Shown here piece by piece: positions 30,576-41,841 of a stretch of DNA of 64,000 bases. The notes under the pieces are model-generated. The model was not told the origin of the DNA and did not search any database. It saw only the letters and a list, made by a program, of their open reading frames with translations. Position numbers and translations under genes: made by a program. The DNA comes from Candidatus Omnitrophota bacterium (GTDB taxonomy: Bacteria; Omnitrophota; Gorgyraeia; Zapsychrales; Fredricksoniimonadaceae), in the NCBI GenBank assembly GCA_028865345.1, contig JAGWKL010000009.1:7382-71381 (forward strand). The letters are read 5' to 3'. Position 1 is the stretch's first letter. Every line of letters begins with the position of its first letter.

Positions 30576-32120
30576 TCAATGCGCCGGTGTCAATACAGGC
30601 ACTTCCGTGGCCGGACGCACACGGACGGTGCGGTTTAAAAATTTAGTGGCCGGGGCATGTCCCGCACGTTCGCCTTTAAGGGTCCTTAACATCTTTTGGG
30701 TAAAATAATGCACAAAGGCGCCAAAGCCGTAAACCTTTCTTAATAAATCACCCACAGAGCGGATGGCAATGAACATGTTCCATATCTGTCTGGGCCTTAA
30801 ATAAAATTCTTTAAGGCCGATGTCAATATGCTCATCGATATCTTTGTGGGAAAATTGGGGGTAGGAAAGCAGGGTGCGCTGCTCGCCGTTTTTCGTCAGC
30901 CAGTCTTGCCAATCCCTGCCCAAAAGATAATTGTTTTCCTTGGCCCATTTATATAACGATGTGCCGGGATAAGAGGAAACGCCGGTGATCTGGATCGTGT
31001 CCAGAGGCATGGATTTGGCGAAATCGATGGTCTTGCGGGCGGATTCCCTGGTCTCGCCGGGAGCGCCGATCATAAAACAGCCGTGTATGGTAAAGCCCAG
31101 GTTGTGCGCCTGTCTGGAATACTCGCGGGCCATGTCAACGGACACGCCGCCTTTACGGATGACCCGCAAATTTTCATCGGTGCCGAATTCGAAGCCTGTC
31201 ATCAGCATGCGGCAGCCGGCCTTGCGCATCAAGGGCAGGAGGCCCAAGTCCGTATTGACGCGCATATTGCACGACCAGCTGATGCGTTTGTTGATCCCTT
31301 TTTCGATGATCAAATTGCAGACATCCACGACATGCTGCTTGTCCGCCGCAAAGGTGTCTGTTTCAAACATGATCTCACGGACCTGCGGATGGAGCTTGAG
31401 GTCATGTTCCATTTCAGCGACAACCAACTCTGCCCGCCGGCTGCGCAGTTTATAGCCGTACATCAGCTGCGGATCGCGGCAAAACGTGCAGGCATTGTTG
31501 CAGCCGCGTCCGGTGATCAATGTTAAAAAAGGAAATTTCTTGCCGGCATCCGGATACCATTCCGGCTTGATCAATTGCCAGGCAGGGAAGGGCAATTCAT
31601 TGACATCGATATCAGGCCGCGGCATATTCCTGATGACCCTGCCGTCTTTTAACCAGCAAAGCCCTGAATTTTTGTCGTCGGCAATACCGTCGGCCAAATC
31701 GCGCAGCGTATAATCATATTCGCGGGGCAGGATATAATCCACCACCCCGCGGCCGATTTCAAAAGTATTTTCAACTTCGGCCGTGGCATGCTGGCCGACG
31801 AAGGCGACCCGGCATTTGGTCCTGGCCTTAATGATTGCGGCCTGTTCAATATCGGAATAAATAGAGGGGGTCGTTACGTGCATGACCAGAAGCCCGGGCG
31901 TAAGGCTCACCGTCGATTCAATGGACTCTTCGGCGGAAAAATTACGCGCGGCGGCTTCGATAAAATGGGTGTCGTGGCCGGCATCGATCAGGATCTGGGC
32001 GGCGGTCAGCAGATACTCGGGATGGCGCTGGACCCGGCCGCGGGACTTGGCCGCCCAACGGGCCACACGTACAAAATTATCTCCAAAGGAGGGATTAAGT
32101 ATTACGACCTTCATAGGCAT
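30576..32120 (-). CDS. B12-binding-domain radical SAM protein (HpnJ-like)
   Basis: TGRGCNNACTFC, N-terminal cobalamin-binding-like domain and YPGT. Confidence 0.85.
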   Translation of the reverse strand: MPMKVVILNPSFGDNFVRVARWAAKSRGRVQRHPEYLLTAAQILIDAGHDTHFIEAAARNFSAEESIESTVSLTPGLLVMHVTTPSIYSDIEQAAIIKARTKCRVAFVGQHATAEVENTFEIGRGVVDYILPREYDYTLRDLADGIADDKNSGLCWLKDGRVIRNMPRPDIDVNELPFPAWQLIKPEWYPDAGKKFPFLTLITGRGCNNACTFCRDPQLMYGYKLRSRRAELVVAEMEHDLKLHPQVREIMFETDTFAADKQHVVDVCNLIIEKGINKRISWSCNMRVNTDLGLLPLMRKAGCRMLMTGFEFGTDENLRVIRKGGVSVDMAREYSRQAHNLGFTIHGCFMIGAPGETRESARKTIDFAKSMPLDTIQITGVSSYPGTSLYKWAKENNYLLGRDWQDWLTKNGEQRTLLSYPQFSHKDIDEHIDIGLKEFYLRPRQIWNMFIAIRSVGDLLRKVYGFGAFVHYFTQKMLRTLKGERAGHAPATKFLNRTVRVRPATEVPVLTPAH

Positions 32121-32247
32121 AAATATATTACATCCTTCAATTTTGAGTGGCAATCATTATTTCAAATTTTATCCCCGATTCCGGGGACAGATTTTCTTGC
32201 ATTTAAGGCTTTTTGAAAAGTTCGATTATGTGCTATAATTTCTCACC

Positions 32248-32679
32248 ATGAAATTATTTATCAGCTTGGTATTTTTGGTTTTAATGTTCAGTTCATGCCA
32301 GCAGCCGCCTTCCTATAAGGAGTTTCCCTGGAAGCCTTACAGCCAAAAGGCCGTGGAAGAGTCGATCGCACACAAAAAGCCGGTGGTGATCGATTTTTGG
32401 GCTTCCTGGTGCCCCAATTGCCGGGACATGGACAGGGCCGTCTTCTCCAGGCCGGATATACAGGCCAAGCTTTCCCAAGTGACCACTTTAAGGATGGATG
32501 TGACCAACCAGGACGATCCCCGGGTCCAAAGGATAGCGGACCAATTCGGCATCGAAGGCGTCCCAACGGTCGTCTTTCTAAACAGCCATGGGAAAGAAAT
32601 AGAGAACGCCCGTGTCATAGGTTTCGTCACACCGGCGGAATTCATGCAGGCATTGGCCTTGCTGAACATATTCAAATGA
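32248..32679 (+). CDS. Thioredoxin-family lipoprotein
   Basis: Lipobox-like [13 protein letters not shown] and GVPT. Confidence 0.88.
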   Translation: MKLFISLVFLVLMFSSCQQPPSYKEFPWKPYSQKAVEESIAHKKPVVIDFWASWCPNCRDMDRAVFSRPDIQAKLSQVTTLRMDVTNQDDPRVQRIADQFGIEGVPTVVFLNSHGKEIENARVIGFVTPAEFMQALALLNIFK

Positions 32680-33194
32680 CAAGATCCTTTGGGCTGTTTC
32701 TATGCCTGACAATGATTTTTAACGGAGGCCCGTGTATGGCCCTATCAAGCCAGGATACCATCGAAGTCTATGATGCTTCAACCCATTCCATCATCAAGAC
32801 CCAAAAAGTTTTCAAAAGCGAGGATGAATGGAGAAAAATATTAACCCCTTTACAATTTGATGTGATGCGCCGGCAAGGCACAGAGGCGCCTTTCAGCGGA
32901 GAATATGTCCATAACCACCGCAAAGGGATATATAAATGCGCCGCCTGCGGCCTGGATTTGTTTTCCTCGGATGATAAATTTGATTCCGGGACCGGCTGGC
33001 CCAGTTTCACCAGGCCCATCAATAAGCTTAATATCGCTTACGTCAAAGATGACAGCCTTGGCATGATGCGCATCGAAGTACGCTGTCCGCGTTGCGGCGC
33101 CCACCTGGGCCATGTGTTCGACGACGGGCCTCCTCCGACGGGAAAACGTTATTGCATCAATTCCGCGGCGCTCAAATTCGTAGAACAAAAATGA
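32676..33194 (+). CDS. msrB: Peptide-methionine (R)-S-oxide reductase with signal peptide
   Basis: [20 protein letters not shown] and RYCINS. ATG at 32676. Confidence 0.96.
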   Translation: MTRSFGLFLCLTMIFNGGPCMALSSQDTIEVYDASTHSIIKTQKVFKSEDEWRKILTPLQFDVMRRQGTEAPFSGEYVHNHRKGIYKCAACGLDLFSSDDKFDSGTGWPSFTRPINKLNIAYVKDDSLGMMRIEVRCPRCGAHLGHVFDDGPPPTGKRYCINSAALKFVEQK

Positions 33195-33805
33195 ACAACA
33201 AGATCTTCCTGCTGACCGTTCTTTTTTCGTTTTTGTATTTAGTCCAAACCAAGGGAGCCGATATGCCTTCCGACACTCATTTGGAAACCGCGACCTTTGC
33301 CGGCGGATGTTTCTGGTGCATGCAGCCGTTCTTTGACCACACCAAGGGGGTCGTCAAAACAACCGTTGGTTATACGGGCGGCCATGTGGCCAACCCCACT
33401 TACGAAGAAGTTTCATCCGGCACCACGGGCGATGTGGAGGCCATCCAGATAAAATACGATCCCAAAACCGTTTCTTACGAAAAATTATTGGACCTTTACT
33501 GGCATAACATCGATCCCACCCAGGCCGACGGCCAGTTCGTGGACGAAGGCACGCAATACCGGACCGTCATCTTTTATCATAATGAAGAACAGAAACGCAT
33601 CGCCGAGAAATCCAAGCAGGCCCTGGCTGCATCCGGGCGTTTCGATAAACCTATCGTGACAGCCATTACACCTGCCACGGCCTTCTATCCGGCGGAGGAC
33701 TACCATCAAAAATATTATTTGAAAAGCCCCTTCCAATACAATATGTACCATGATAATTCCGGCCGCGAAGAGTTTGAAAAGAAAGTATGGGGGAACGCCC
33801 ATTAA
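33191..33805 (+). CDS. msrA: Peptide-methionine (S)-S-oxide reductase with signal peptide
   Basis: FAGGCFWC and [11 protein letters not shown] at 33191. Confidence 0.96.
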   Translation: MNNKIFLLTVLFSFLYLVQTKGADMPSDTHLETATFAGGCFWCMQPFFDHTKGVVKTTVGYTGGHVANPTYEEVSSGTTGDVEAIQIKYDPKTVSYEKLLDLYWHNIDPTQADGQFVDEGTQYRTVIFYHNEEQKRIAEKSKQALAASGRFDKPIVTAITPATAFYPAEDYHQKYYLKSPFQYNMYHDNSGREEFEKKVWGNAH

Positions 33806-34498
33806 ATGTCCAAGCTGTTTTTAGTCCCCAATACGATCAGTGAAGAACGCTACGATTTGCTCCCGGAATATATAGCCCCTGAGATCAGGGGAGTGCGGGT
33901 TTTTTTCGTGGAAGAACCAAAATCCGGCCGCAAGCTTCTTAAGAATCTTGACCCTGCATTCCCTCTAAGGGATTGCCGTTTTCTGGGCCTCAATGAACAT
34001 ACTTCTTCTCATGATATACACAGTTTTATCGATATTTTGAAAAAGCAGGACGGGGCGGTCATCTCGGAATCCGGCTGCCCCTGCGTGGCTGACCCGGGAA
34101 GCGAGCTGGTGGCGCTGGCCCATCAAAACCGGATCGAAGTCATCCCCCTCATCGGCCCTTCATCGATAATCCTTGCCCTCATGGCTTCCGGCTTAAACGG
34201 GCAAAATTTTGCTTTCAACGGTTATCTGCCCAAGGACCGGACGCAGCGGATACAAAAAATAAAACAGCTCCAAGAGCGTTCATCAAAGGAAAAGCAGGCC
34301 CAGATTTTCATGGAGGCACCGTTTCACAATCAAAGCCTTCTTGAAGATATCCTGGCTTCCTGCCGGGACAACACCCGCCTATGCATTGCCTGCGACATTG
34401 CCGGTCCTCATCAAAGCATTAAAACCATGAGCATTGAGGCATGGAAAAAGAGCACGGTAGAACTGGATAAAAAACCCGTATTATTCCTTCTCCAATAG
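33806..34498 (+). CDS. RsmI-like SAM-dependent (tetrapyrrole methylase family) methyltransferase
   Basis: ISESGCPCVADPG, GPSSI and FAFNGYLP. Confidence 0.85.
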   Translation: MSKLFLVPNTISEERYDLLPEYIAPEIRGVRVFFVEEPKSGRKLLKNLDPAFPLRDCRFLGLNEHTSSHDIHSFIDILKKQDGAVISESGCPCVADPGSELVALAHQNRIEVIPLIGPSSIILALMASGLNGQNFAFNGYLPKDRTQRIQKIKQLQERSSKEKQAQIFMEAPFHNQSLLEDILASCRDNTRLCIACDIAGPHQSIKTMSIEAWKKSTVELDKKPVLFLLQ

Positions 34499-34532
34499 CT
34501 TATTGAATTATTTCAGATTAAAGCCTTCGCTA

Positions 34533-34560
34533 TTGACGCGGGTCATATATTATTTATAAT
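34533..34560 (+). promoter_or_regulatory. Putative sigma70 promoter of acnA
   Basis: TTGACG-16-TATAAT. Confidence 0.65.
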
Positions 34561-34595
34561 AAAAAAGTTAAACCCCTTTTTATTTGAGAAGCGCC

Positions 34596-37298
34596 ATGGA
34601 TCCATTCGACAAAAAATCCGTCGTAAAGAAATTAAAAACCGCTTCATCGTCATTTACCATCTATTCCCTGCCTCAATTTGCAAAGGCGCGGGGTCTTGAT
34701 ATTTCCCGGCTTCCGTTTTCCATCCGCGTCCTTTTGGAAAGCGCCCTGCGTAATTTTGACGATTACCAGGTCACGGAAAAAGATATCAACACGATCGCCT
34801 CCTGGAAACCCAACTCAAAAAAAGAAGAGATCGCCTTTAAGCCCGGCCGCGTGATCCTCCAGGATTTTACCGGCGTTCCCTGTGTGGTCGATCTGGCCGC
34901 CATGCGCGATGCCATGAAAGATCTCGGAGGAGACATCAAGAAAATTAACCCGCAGGTCCCCTGTGATCTTGTCATCGACCATTCCGTACAGGTGGACGCC
35001 TTCGGTACCGCAAAAGCTTTCGCCCAAAACGTGGCGCTGGAATTCCAACGCAACAAAGAACGTTATGAATTCCTCAAATGGGGGCAGTGTGCCCTGCAGA
35101 ATTTCCGCGTGGTGCCGCCCGCCACGGGCATTGTGCACCAGGTCAACCTCGAATATCTGGCCAAGGGTGTTTTAATAAAGAAAACCGGCCACGACATCCT
35201 GGCTTTCCCTGACAGCCTTGTGGGCACGGATTCCCACACCACCATGATCAACGGCCTGGGTGTCGTGGGCTGGGGAGTCGGCGGGATCGAGGCTGAATCC
35301 GTGATGTTGGGCGAGCCTATTTATATGCTGCTGCCGGAAGTTGTGGGTTTTCGCATCAAAGGCAAATTAAAAGAGGGAGTCACGGCAACCGACCTGGTTT
35401 TGACCGTCACCCAAGCCCTGCGCAAAAAAGGGGTGGTGGAGAAATTCGTGGAGTTTTTCGGCCCCGGCTTGCAGTATCTCTCCCTGCCGGACAGGGCCAC
35501 CATCGCCAACATGTCGCCGGAATATGGGGCCACCATCGGCCTGTTTCCTGTAGATGATGAAACGCTTAACTATTTGAAATTATCCGGCCGAAGCCGCCTC
35601 GAGGTGGCCCTGGTGGAAAAATATTATAAAACCCAGGGCTTGTTCTACACTTCACAAACAGCCGAATGCGTTTATTCCGATGTTCTGGAATTGGACCTTT
35701 CCACCGTCGAGCCATGTCTCGCGGGTCCCAAGCGCCCACAGGACAAGGTGGCCCTAAAAGATTTGAAATCAAACTTTTTGCAATCCTTGACCGCCGATGT
35801 GGCAAACCGGGGGTTCGGCGTTAAACCGGATGATGTGGGCAAAACAGCCCGCCTCTCCAACGGCCAAACGGAGACCTTGGGCCACGGGGCCGTGGTGATC
35901 GCCGCCATCACCAGCTGCACCAACACTTCCAACCCGTCGGTGTTGATCGGGGCGGGGCTTTTGGCCAAGAAGGCCGTTGAAAAAGGTCTTACCCCCGCAC
36001 ATTATGTCAAGACCTCTTTTGCGCCCGGCTCCCAGGTGGTGGAAGATTATCTGAAAACAGCCGGTTTGTTGAAATACCTGGAAAAAATCCGCTTTAACAT
36101 TGTCGGCTATGGCTGCACCACCTGCATCGGCAATTCCGGCCCCTTGCCGCAGCCCGTGGCCGATGCCATCAACCAGAACAATCTGGTTGCCGCCGCGGTG
36201 CTTTCCGGAAACCGCAATTTTGAAGGCCGCGTCAACCCCTACACCAAGGCCAATTTCCTGGCATCACCGCCGCTGGTCGTGGCTTATGCATTGGCCGGGC
36301 GCGTGGACATCGATTTGAATAACGAGCCCTTAGGCCGGGACAAAAAGGGCAATCCCGTATACCTAAAAGACATCTGGCCCACCCAAAAAGAAATAGCGCA
36401 GGCGGCGCACCGATTCGTCAAAGCCTCGATCTTCCGCCGTCGTTATAAAAACGTGGACCGCGGCAATAAAAACTGGAATGCCATTAAAACCGTTAAATCC
36501 GACCTGTTCCAATGGGATGATAAAAGCACCTATATTCAAAGCCCTCCTTATTTTGCAGGCATGAAGCTTGAGACCTCCCCCATCAAGGGCATTCGACAAG
36601 CCCGGTGCCTGGTCATGGTGGCTGATTCGATTACGACGGACCACATTTCCCCCGCAGGGGCCATTGCCAAGGATTCACCGGCGGGGAGATTCCTCATCGA
36701 GCAGGGTGTGGCCCCAAAAGATTTCAACAGCTACGGCGCCAGGCGGGGCAATGACAGGGTCATGACCAGGGGGACTTTTGCCAATATCCGTTTGCGCAAT
36801 TTAACGGCCGTTGGTTCCGAAGGCCCATGGACGACCTATTGGCCCACAAAAGAGAAAATGTTCATATATGATGCGGCCATGAAATACAAAGAAAGTCTCG
36901 TCCCATTGATCGTTCTTGCCGGCAAAGAATACGGCACGGGTTCTTCCCGCGACTGGGCCGCCAAAGGCACCACCTTGCTTGGGCTGCGCGCGGTCATTGC
37001 GGAAAGTTTCGAGAGGATCCACCGCAGCAACCTGTGCGGCATGGGCGTTCTACCCTGCCAGTTTATGGCAGGGGAAAGCCATGTCTCCCTCGGCTTAAAA
37101 GGGGATGAGACCTTTGATTTTATAGACCTGGACGACAGTCTCCAACCCCGCCGGGAACTGACCATTGAGGCAACATCGAGCGACGGCAATAAAAAGCATT
37201 TTAAGGTCATCGCCCGGGTTGACACGCCGGTGGAGGTGGATTATCTGCGCAACGGAGGGATTCTGCAAACGGTCATAAGGAAACTGGCGAAGCCATAA
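34596..37298 (+). CDS. acnA: Aconitate hydratase A
   Basis: [31 protein letters not shown] and [10 protein letters not shown]. Confidence 0.98.
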   Translation: MDPFDKKSVVKKLKTASSSFTIYSLPQFAKARGLDISRLPFSIRVLLESALRNFDDYQVTEKDINTIASWKPNSKKEEIAFKPGRVILQDFTGVPCVVDLAAMRDAMKDLGGDIKKINPQVPCDLVIDHSVQVDAFGTAKAFAQNVALEFQRNKERYEFLKWGQCALQNFRVVPPATGIVHQVNLEYLAKGVLIKKTGHDILAFPDSLVGTDSHTTMINGLGVVGWGVGGIEAESVMLGEPIYMLLPEVVGFRIKGKLKEGVTATDLVLTVTQALRKKGVVEKFVEFFGPGLQYLSLPDRATIANMSPEYGATIGLFPVDDETLNYLKLSGRSRLEVALVEKYYKTQGLFYTSQTAECVYSDVLELDLSTVEPCLAGPKRPQDKVALKDLKSNFLQSLTADVANRGFGVKPDDVGKTARLSNGQTETLGHGAVVIAAITSCTNTSNPSVLIGAGLLAKKAVEKGLTPAHYVKTSFAPGSQVVEDYLKTAGLLKYLEKIRFNIVGYGCTTCIGNSGPLPQPVADAINQNNLVAAAVLSGNRNFEGRVNPYTKANFLASPPLVVAYALAGRVDIDLNNEPLGRDKKGNPVYLKDIWPTQKEIAQAAHRFVKASIFRRRYKNVDRGNKNWNAIKTVKSDLFQWDDKSTYIQSPPYFAGMKLETSPIKGIRQARCLVMVADSITTDHISPAGAIAKDSPAGRFLIEQGVAPKDFNSYGARRGNDRVMTRGTFANIRLRNLTAVGSEGPWTTYWPTKEKMFIYDAAMKYKESLVPLIVLAGKEYGTGSSRDWAAKGTTLLGLRAVIAESFERIHRSNLCGMGVLPCQFMAGESHVSLGLKGDETFDFIDLDDSLQPRRELTIEATSSDGNKKHFKVIARVDTPVEVDYLRNGGILQTVIRKLAKP

Positions 37299-37301
37299 TT
37301 C

Positions 37302-38048
37302 ATGCGTATTTTACTGACCAACGACGATGGGATCTATGCCGAAGGCATTTACGCCGCTTATAAGGCCTTAAGTAAAATTGCCGAGGTCACGGTCGTGGCC
37401 CCGGATTACGAGCAGAGTTCGGTCGGGCACGGCATCACTCTTTTTTACCCTCTCTTTGCCAAGAGAATCTCCCCGGAAAACCATTTCGATGGCTATGCCG
37501 TCAGCGGCAAACCCGCTGACTGCGTCAAATTCGCCGTCAGCGTGCTGTTCAAAGGCAAAAAGCCCGACCTGGTCGTCTCCGGCATCAATTTGGGAGGCAA
37601 TGACGGTTGCAGCGTATTTTATTCGGGAACGGTCGCCGCCGCCCGCGAAGGGGCGCTGATGGGCCTTAAGGCATTTTCCATTTCCCTGGATTGTTTTGAC
37701 GATCCGGATTTTGCCCAGGCCGCTAAATTCACATCCAGGTTTGCTTTGTGGGTCCACAAAAATCATCTGCCTTCCGGCACCTTCCTCAACGTGAATGTCC
37801 CCCTTGGGAAACCCAAAGGCGTGCTGTTCACCCGCCAGGGAACGGAACCTATCCATGAAATCTTCGAAAAACGCAAAAGCCCGCATGATAAACATTATTA
37901 CTGGATGGGCGCCAAAATGCCCGTCCATAAAAATGATAATAAGATAGACACCTATGCGTTGAAAAATAAATACATCACCATAACCCCGGTCCGTTCGGAC
38001 TTGACCGATGAAGGTTTTTTGAGCAACGTGCTCATGGAAAAAATATGA
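37302..38048 (+). CDS. surE: 5'/3'-nucleotidase SurE
   Basis: ILLTNDDG, SGINLG and YSGTVAAA. Confidence 0.96.
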   Translation: MRILLTNDDGIYAEGIYAAYKALSKIAEVTVVAPDYEQSSVGHGITLFYPLFAKRISPENHFDGYAVSGKPADCVKFAVSVLFKGKKPDLVVSGINLGGNDGCSVFYSGTVAAAREGALMGLKAFSISLDCFDDPDFAQAAKFTSRFALWVHKNHLPSGTFLNVNVPLGKPKGVLFTRQGTEPIHEIFEKRKSPHDKHYYWMGAKMPVHKNDNKIDTYALKNKYITITPVRSDLTDEGFLSNVLMEKI

Positions 38049-39094
38049 TCCCTGACGAAAGAATCTTTGCAGCCCGGATCCTGGCCGTAGACGACAACAT
38101 CCTTAACCTCCAGATCCTCAAAAAAATACTTGATCAGGCGGGCTTTATCCACATTACGACCACCACCGATCCTACAAAGGCCGTTGACCTTTACAAAGAG
38201 ATCCGGCCTGACCTGGTTCTCCTTGATTTGAACATGCCCAAGATGGACGGTTTCGCTGTCATGGCCCAATTGTCCATTCTCAATCCGGGGGACTATCTTC
38301 CCATATTGGTGTTGACGGCCGAAGAAGAGTCATTGCGTTTTAAGGCCCTGCAAAGCGGCGCCAAAGATTTTCTGCACAAGCCTTACGAACGGCTCGATGT
38401 GCTCCTCAGGAGCCGTAACATCATAGAGGTAAGGCTTTTGTACAAACAGATCAAGGATGATAATGCCACCCTGGACCAAAAGGTCAACGAGCAGATCAAG
38501 GAGATCCGGGACACCCGTCTGGAAGTCATCCGGCGGCTGGCCGTGGCCGCAGAATTGAGGGACACGGGCACCGGGCAGCACATCTACCGCATGAGCCATT
38601 ATTCCAAAGCCTTGGCCCTGGCCTTCGGTTTTACGAAAGAGCAGGGGGAGCTGCTGTTTACGGCCTCACCTTTGCATGATATCGGCAAGATTGCCATTCC
38701 CGATTCCATTTTATTAAAACCCTCCAGGCTCGAACCCCATGAATTCGAGATCATCAAGACCCATACCATCCTGGGGGCCCAAATGCTGGCAGGCAGCAAT
38801 TCTGTTTTCCTGAAGATGGCCGAAACCATCGCCTTAAACCATCACGAAAAATGGGACGGTAGCGGATATCCTCAAGGTATACGGGGAGAAGAGATCCCCA
38901 TCACCGGCCGCATCTGCGCTGTTGCCGATGTTTTTGACGCTCTCAGCTCCGACAGGCCGTATAAAGGGGCTTGGACGATCGAAAAAACCATGGCCGAATT
39001 AAGAAAACAAAAAGGGACTCATTTTGACCCTAAATTGATCGACGCCTTTGAAAGCATCCAGAAGGAGATTAAAGCAGTTTATGATCAGAATTAA
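38045..39094 (+). CDS. Response regulator with HD-GYP phosphodiesterase domain
   Basis: REC domain, LHDIGK, HHEKWDGSGYP and RPYK. Confidence 0.95.
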   Translation: MIPDERIFAARILAVDDNILNLQILKKILDQAGFIHITTTTDPTKAVDLYKEIRPDLVLLDLNMPKMDGFAVMAQLSILNPGDYLPILVLTAEEESLRFKALQSGAKDFLHKPYERLDVLLRSRNIIEVRLLYKQIKDDNATLDQKVNEQIKEIRDTRLEVIRRLAVAAELRDTGTGQHIYRMSHYSKALALAFGFTKEQGELLFTASPLHDIGKIAIPDSILLKPSRLEPHEFEIIKTHTILGAQMLAGSNSVFLKMAETIALNHHEKWDGSGYPQGIRGEEIPITGRICAVADVFDALSSDRPYKGAWTIEKTMAELRKQKGTHFDPKLIDAFESIQKEIKAVYDQN

Positions 39095-39143
39095 TCATGT
39101 TATAATGCCGCCTTGTTGATGAAATTTGGAAGGAGTGTCCTTT

Positions 39144-40433
39144 ATGGCAGACTTTGCAGAGCTCAAAATTGATGGGAAAAAAGTGGAATGTCCAGTTATC
39201 ATCGGGACCGAAGGTGAAAAAGCCTTTGATATCGGCAAACTGCGTTCCCAGTCCGGGTGCATCACCCTGGATCCCGGATTTGCCAATACAGGCTCCTGCG
39301 CCAGCGCCATCACCTTTCTCGATGGAGAAAAGGGGATCCTGCGCTACAGGGGCATTCCCATCGAGCAATTAGCCGAGAAATCCACCTTTGTGGAAACCTC
39401 CTATCTCCTGATCCACGGACGCCTGCCCAATCATGACGAACTGGACGCCTTCTCTGAAGCCTTCAATGAGCATTCCATGATCCATGAGGACATGATCAAT
39501 TTTTTCCATGCCTATCCGTCCACATCCCATCCCATGGCCATCCTCTCGGCCATGGTCTGCGCCATGTCCGCTTATTATCCTGAATTCGTCAAGGAAAGGC
39601 CGGCCCAGGAGGAGATCGACCGCATTGCCATACAGCTTTTGTCCAAAGTGCGCACCATTTGCGCGTTTTCCTATAAGAAATCCATAGGCGAACCCTTTGT
39701 TTATCCGCGCTATGATTTAAGTTATGTCCCCAATTTCCTGAACATGATGTTCTCTTCGCCGACCCATCCGTACAAGATCGTCGATGAGGTGGTGCGCGCC
39801 CTGCAGGTCCTCTTGATCTTGCACGCCGACCATGAGCAGAACTGCTCGACGTCCACCGTGCGCCTGGTGGGCTCTTCGCATGCCAATCTGTACGCTTCCA
39901 TCTCCGCGGGGATATGCGCCCTGTGGGGGCCTTTGCACGGGGGGGCCAATCAGGCGGTCATTGAGATGCTCGAGAAGATCCAAAAAGACGGCGGCAATGT
40001 TTCCAAGTACATCGCCATGGCCAAGGACAAAAATTCGAACTTCCGCCTCATGGGTTTCGGCCACCGCGTTTATAAGAACTTCGACCCGCGGGCCAAGATC
40101 ATCAAAAAGCGGGCCGATGATCTGCTCAATAAATTGGGCATCCATGACCCGTTGCTTGAGCTGGCCAAAAAGATGGAAGAGACGGCCCTCAAAGACGAAT
40201 ATTTTATCGAACGCAAACTTTATCCCAATGTCGACTTTTACAGCGGCATCATTTACCGCGCCATCGGCATACCTTTGAACATGTTCCCGGTGATGTTCGC
40301 CATCGGCCGCCTGCCGGGCTGGATCGCGCATTGGAAAGAAATGATCCAGGACCCCGCAACCAAGATCGGCAGGCCGTTACAAATCTATGTCGGCGAAACC
40401 AAAAAAGATTACACCCCCATAGAAAAACGATAG
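39144..40433 (+). CDS. gltA: Citrate synthase
   Basis: LHADHEQN, GPLHGGAN, GFGHRVYK and YPNVDFYSG. Confidence 0.98.
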   Translation: MADFAELKIDGKKVECPVIIGTEGEKAFDIGKLRSQSGCITLDPGFANTGSCASAITFLDGEKGILRYRGIPIEQLAEKSTFVETSYLLIHGRLPNHDELDAFSEAFNEHSMIHEDMINFFHAYPSTSHPMAILSAMVCAMSAYYPEFVKERPAQEEIDRIAIQLLSKVRTICAFSYKKSIGEPFVYPRYDLSYVPNFLNMMFSSPTHPYKIVDEVVRALQVLLILHADHEQNCSTSTVRLVGSSHANLYASISAGICALWGPLHGGANQAVIEMLEKIQKDGGNVSKYIAMAKDKNSNFRLMGFGHRVYKNFDPRAKIIKKRADDLLNKLGIHDPLLELAKKMEETALKDEYFIERKLYPNVDFYSGIIYRAIGIPLNMFPVMFAIGRLPGWIAHWKEMIQDPATKIGRPLQIYVGETKKDYTPIEKR

Positions 40434-40443
40434 GAGTCTCTGC

Positions 40444-41835
40444 GTGATATCATTCCGTCCCAAAACTGCATATGATAAAGATGCCGTCCTGGTGCTTTTG
40501 GGCTCAGGACAAACCCATCCGCGCTTTAAAAAAGACCTGGAAAAGGGGGAAGTTTATCCTGTGATAGAAAAAGGCAGGGTATTTTTATTTGCCGGCCTTG
40601 GGAACACCGATAAATTGTCTTTGACGGATTTGCGCATCCAGGTACGCAAAGCCCTTTTGTCAGGTTATCTTAAAAAAGCCAGAAGTGTTGAGATTGTCCC
40701 TCACAGCAAGAATGATACAGCCATCATTTCCATTATTGAGGGCGTTGCCATCGGCACCTATGTCTGGGATAAATATAAATCCAGGGACAAAGAAGATAAA
40801 ACGGTCAAGGATAAACACATTACCATCAATGCTGAACCCAAGAAAGCCTTCCTTGATGCGGTCAATATCTGCCAGGGGGTAAGCCTGACCCGCGATCTTG
40901 TCAATGACAACGCCGACACCATCACGTCGGACTATTTGGAGAAAACGGTGCGCGGACTTATTAAAGGCCATAAGCCCGCCCGCCTGGAAGTCTTAAACCG
41001 CAAAGAACTGAAAGCCCGGGGCCTCAATCTTATCCTGGCGGTCAACCAGGCGAGCAACAAGGAGCCCAAGCTCATCATTGTCCGCTATGACGGCGCCAAA
41101 AAGAACGAAGGCTACACCGCCATCATAGGTAAAGGCATGACCTTTGACACCGGCGGCCTGAATTTAAAGCCTACCGGAAGCATTGAAACGATGAAAATCG
41201 ACATGGCCGGGGCCGCTGCTGTTTGCGGCCTGTTAAGAAATGCGCTTGCCCTGAAGATAAAAAAGAACCTTCTTTTTGTCCTGGGCGTTGCTGAGAATTC
41301 CATCGGTTCCGCGGCGTATAAACCCGGCGATGTGCTCACAGGCTATGCCGGCAAATCTGTTGAGATCGGCAACACCGATGCCGAGGGCAGGCTGGTGCTG
41401 GCCGATGCTTTTGCCTATGTTGTCAAGAATTATAAGCCTTCTAAAATGATAGACCTGGCGACGCTGACAGGCGCTTGTGTGGTGGCCTTGGGATTCGATT
41501 ATTCCGGCTTGTTTTCCAACAGCGATGAGCTCGCCCGTGAATTGATGGAAGCCTCCAGGAAAACAGATGACAGGGCCTGGCACATGCCCCTTTATCCGGA
41601 AATCAAGGAATATATCAAGTCACCCATTGCGGATATAAAAAATACCAGCAATATCAAGGGCGCAGGGGCCTGTACGGCCGCAGAATTTTTGCACCAGTTC
41701 ACCGAAGGCACCACCTGGGCCCATCTGGACATCGCCGGCACTTCCTACGCGGACGGCCATGGCCGCATGTATTACGGCCACGGGGCCACCGGCGCAGGGG
41801 TGCGCTTGTTGACGCATTATCTATTGCACAATTAG
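40444..41835 (+). CDS. pepA: Leucyl aminopeptidase (M17)
   Basis: GKGMTFDTGG, MKIDMAG, NTDAEGRL and HLDIAG. Confidence 0.95.
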   Translation: MISFRPKTAYDKDAVLVLLGSGQTHPRFKKDLEKGEVYPVIEKGRVFLFAGLGNTDKLSLTDLRIQVRKALLSGYLKKARSVEIVPHSKNDTAIISIIEGVAIGTYVWDKYKSRDKEDKTVKDKHITINAEPKKAFLDAVNICQGVSLTRDLVNDNADTITSDYLEKTVRGLIKGHKPARLEVLNRKELKARGLNLILAVNQASNKEPKLIIVRYDGAKKNEGYTAIIGKGMTFDTGGLNLKPTGSIETMKIDMAGAAAVCGLLRNALALKIKKNLLFVLGVAENSIGSAAYKPGDVLTGYAGKSVEIGNTDAEGRLVLADAFAYVVKNYKPSKMIDLATLTGACVVALGFDYSGLFSNSDELARELMEASRKTDDRAWHMPLYPEIKEYIKSPIADIKNTSNIKGAGACTAAEFLHQFTEGTTWAHLDIAGTSYADGHGRMYYGHGATGAGVRLLTHYLLHN

Positions 41836-41841
41836 GAAACT

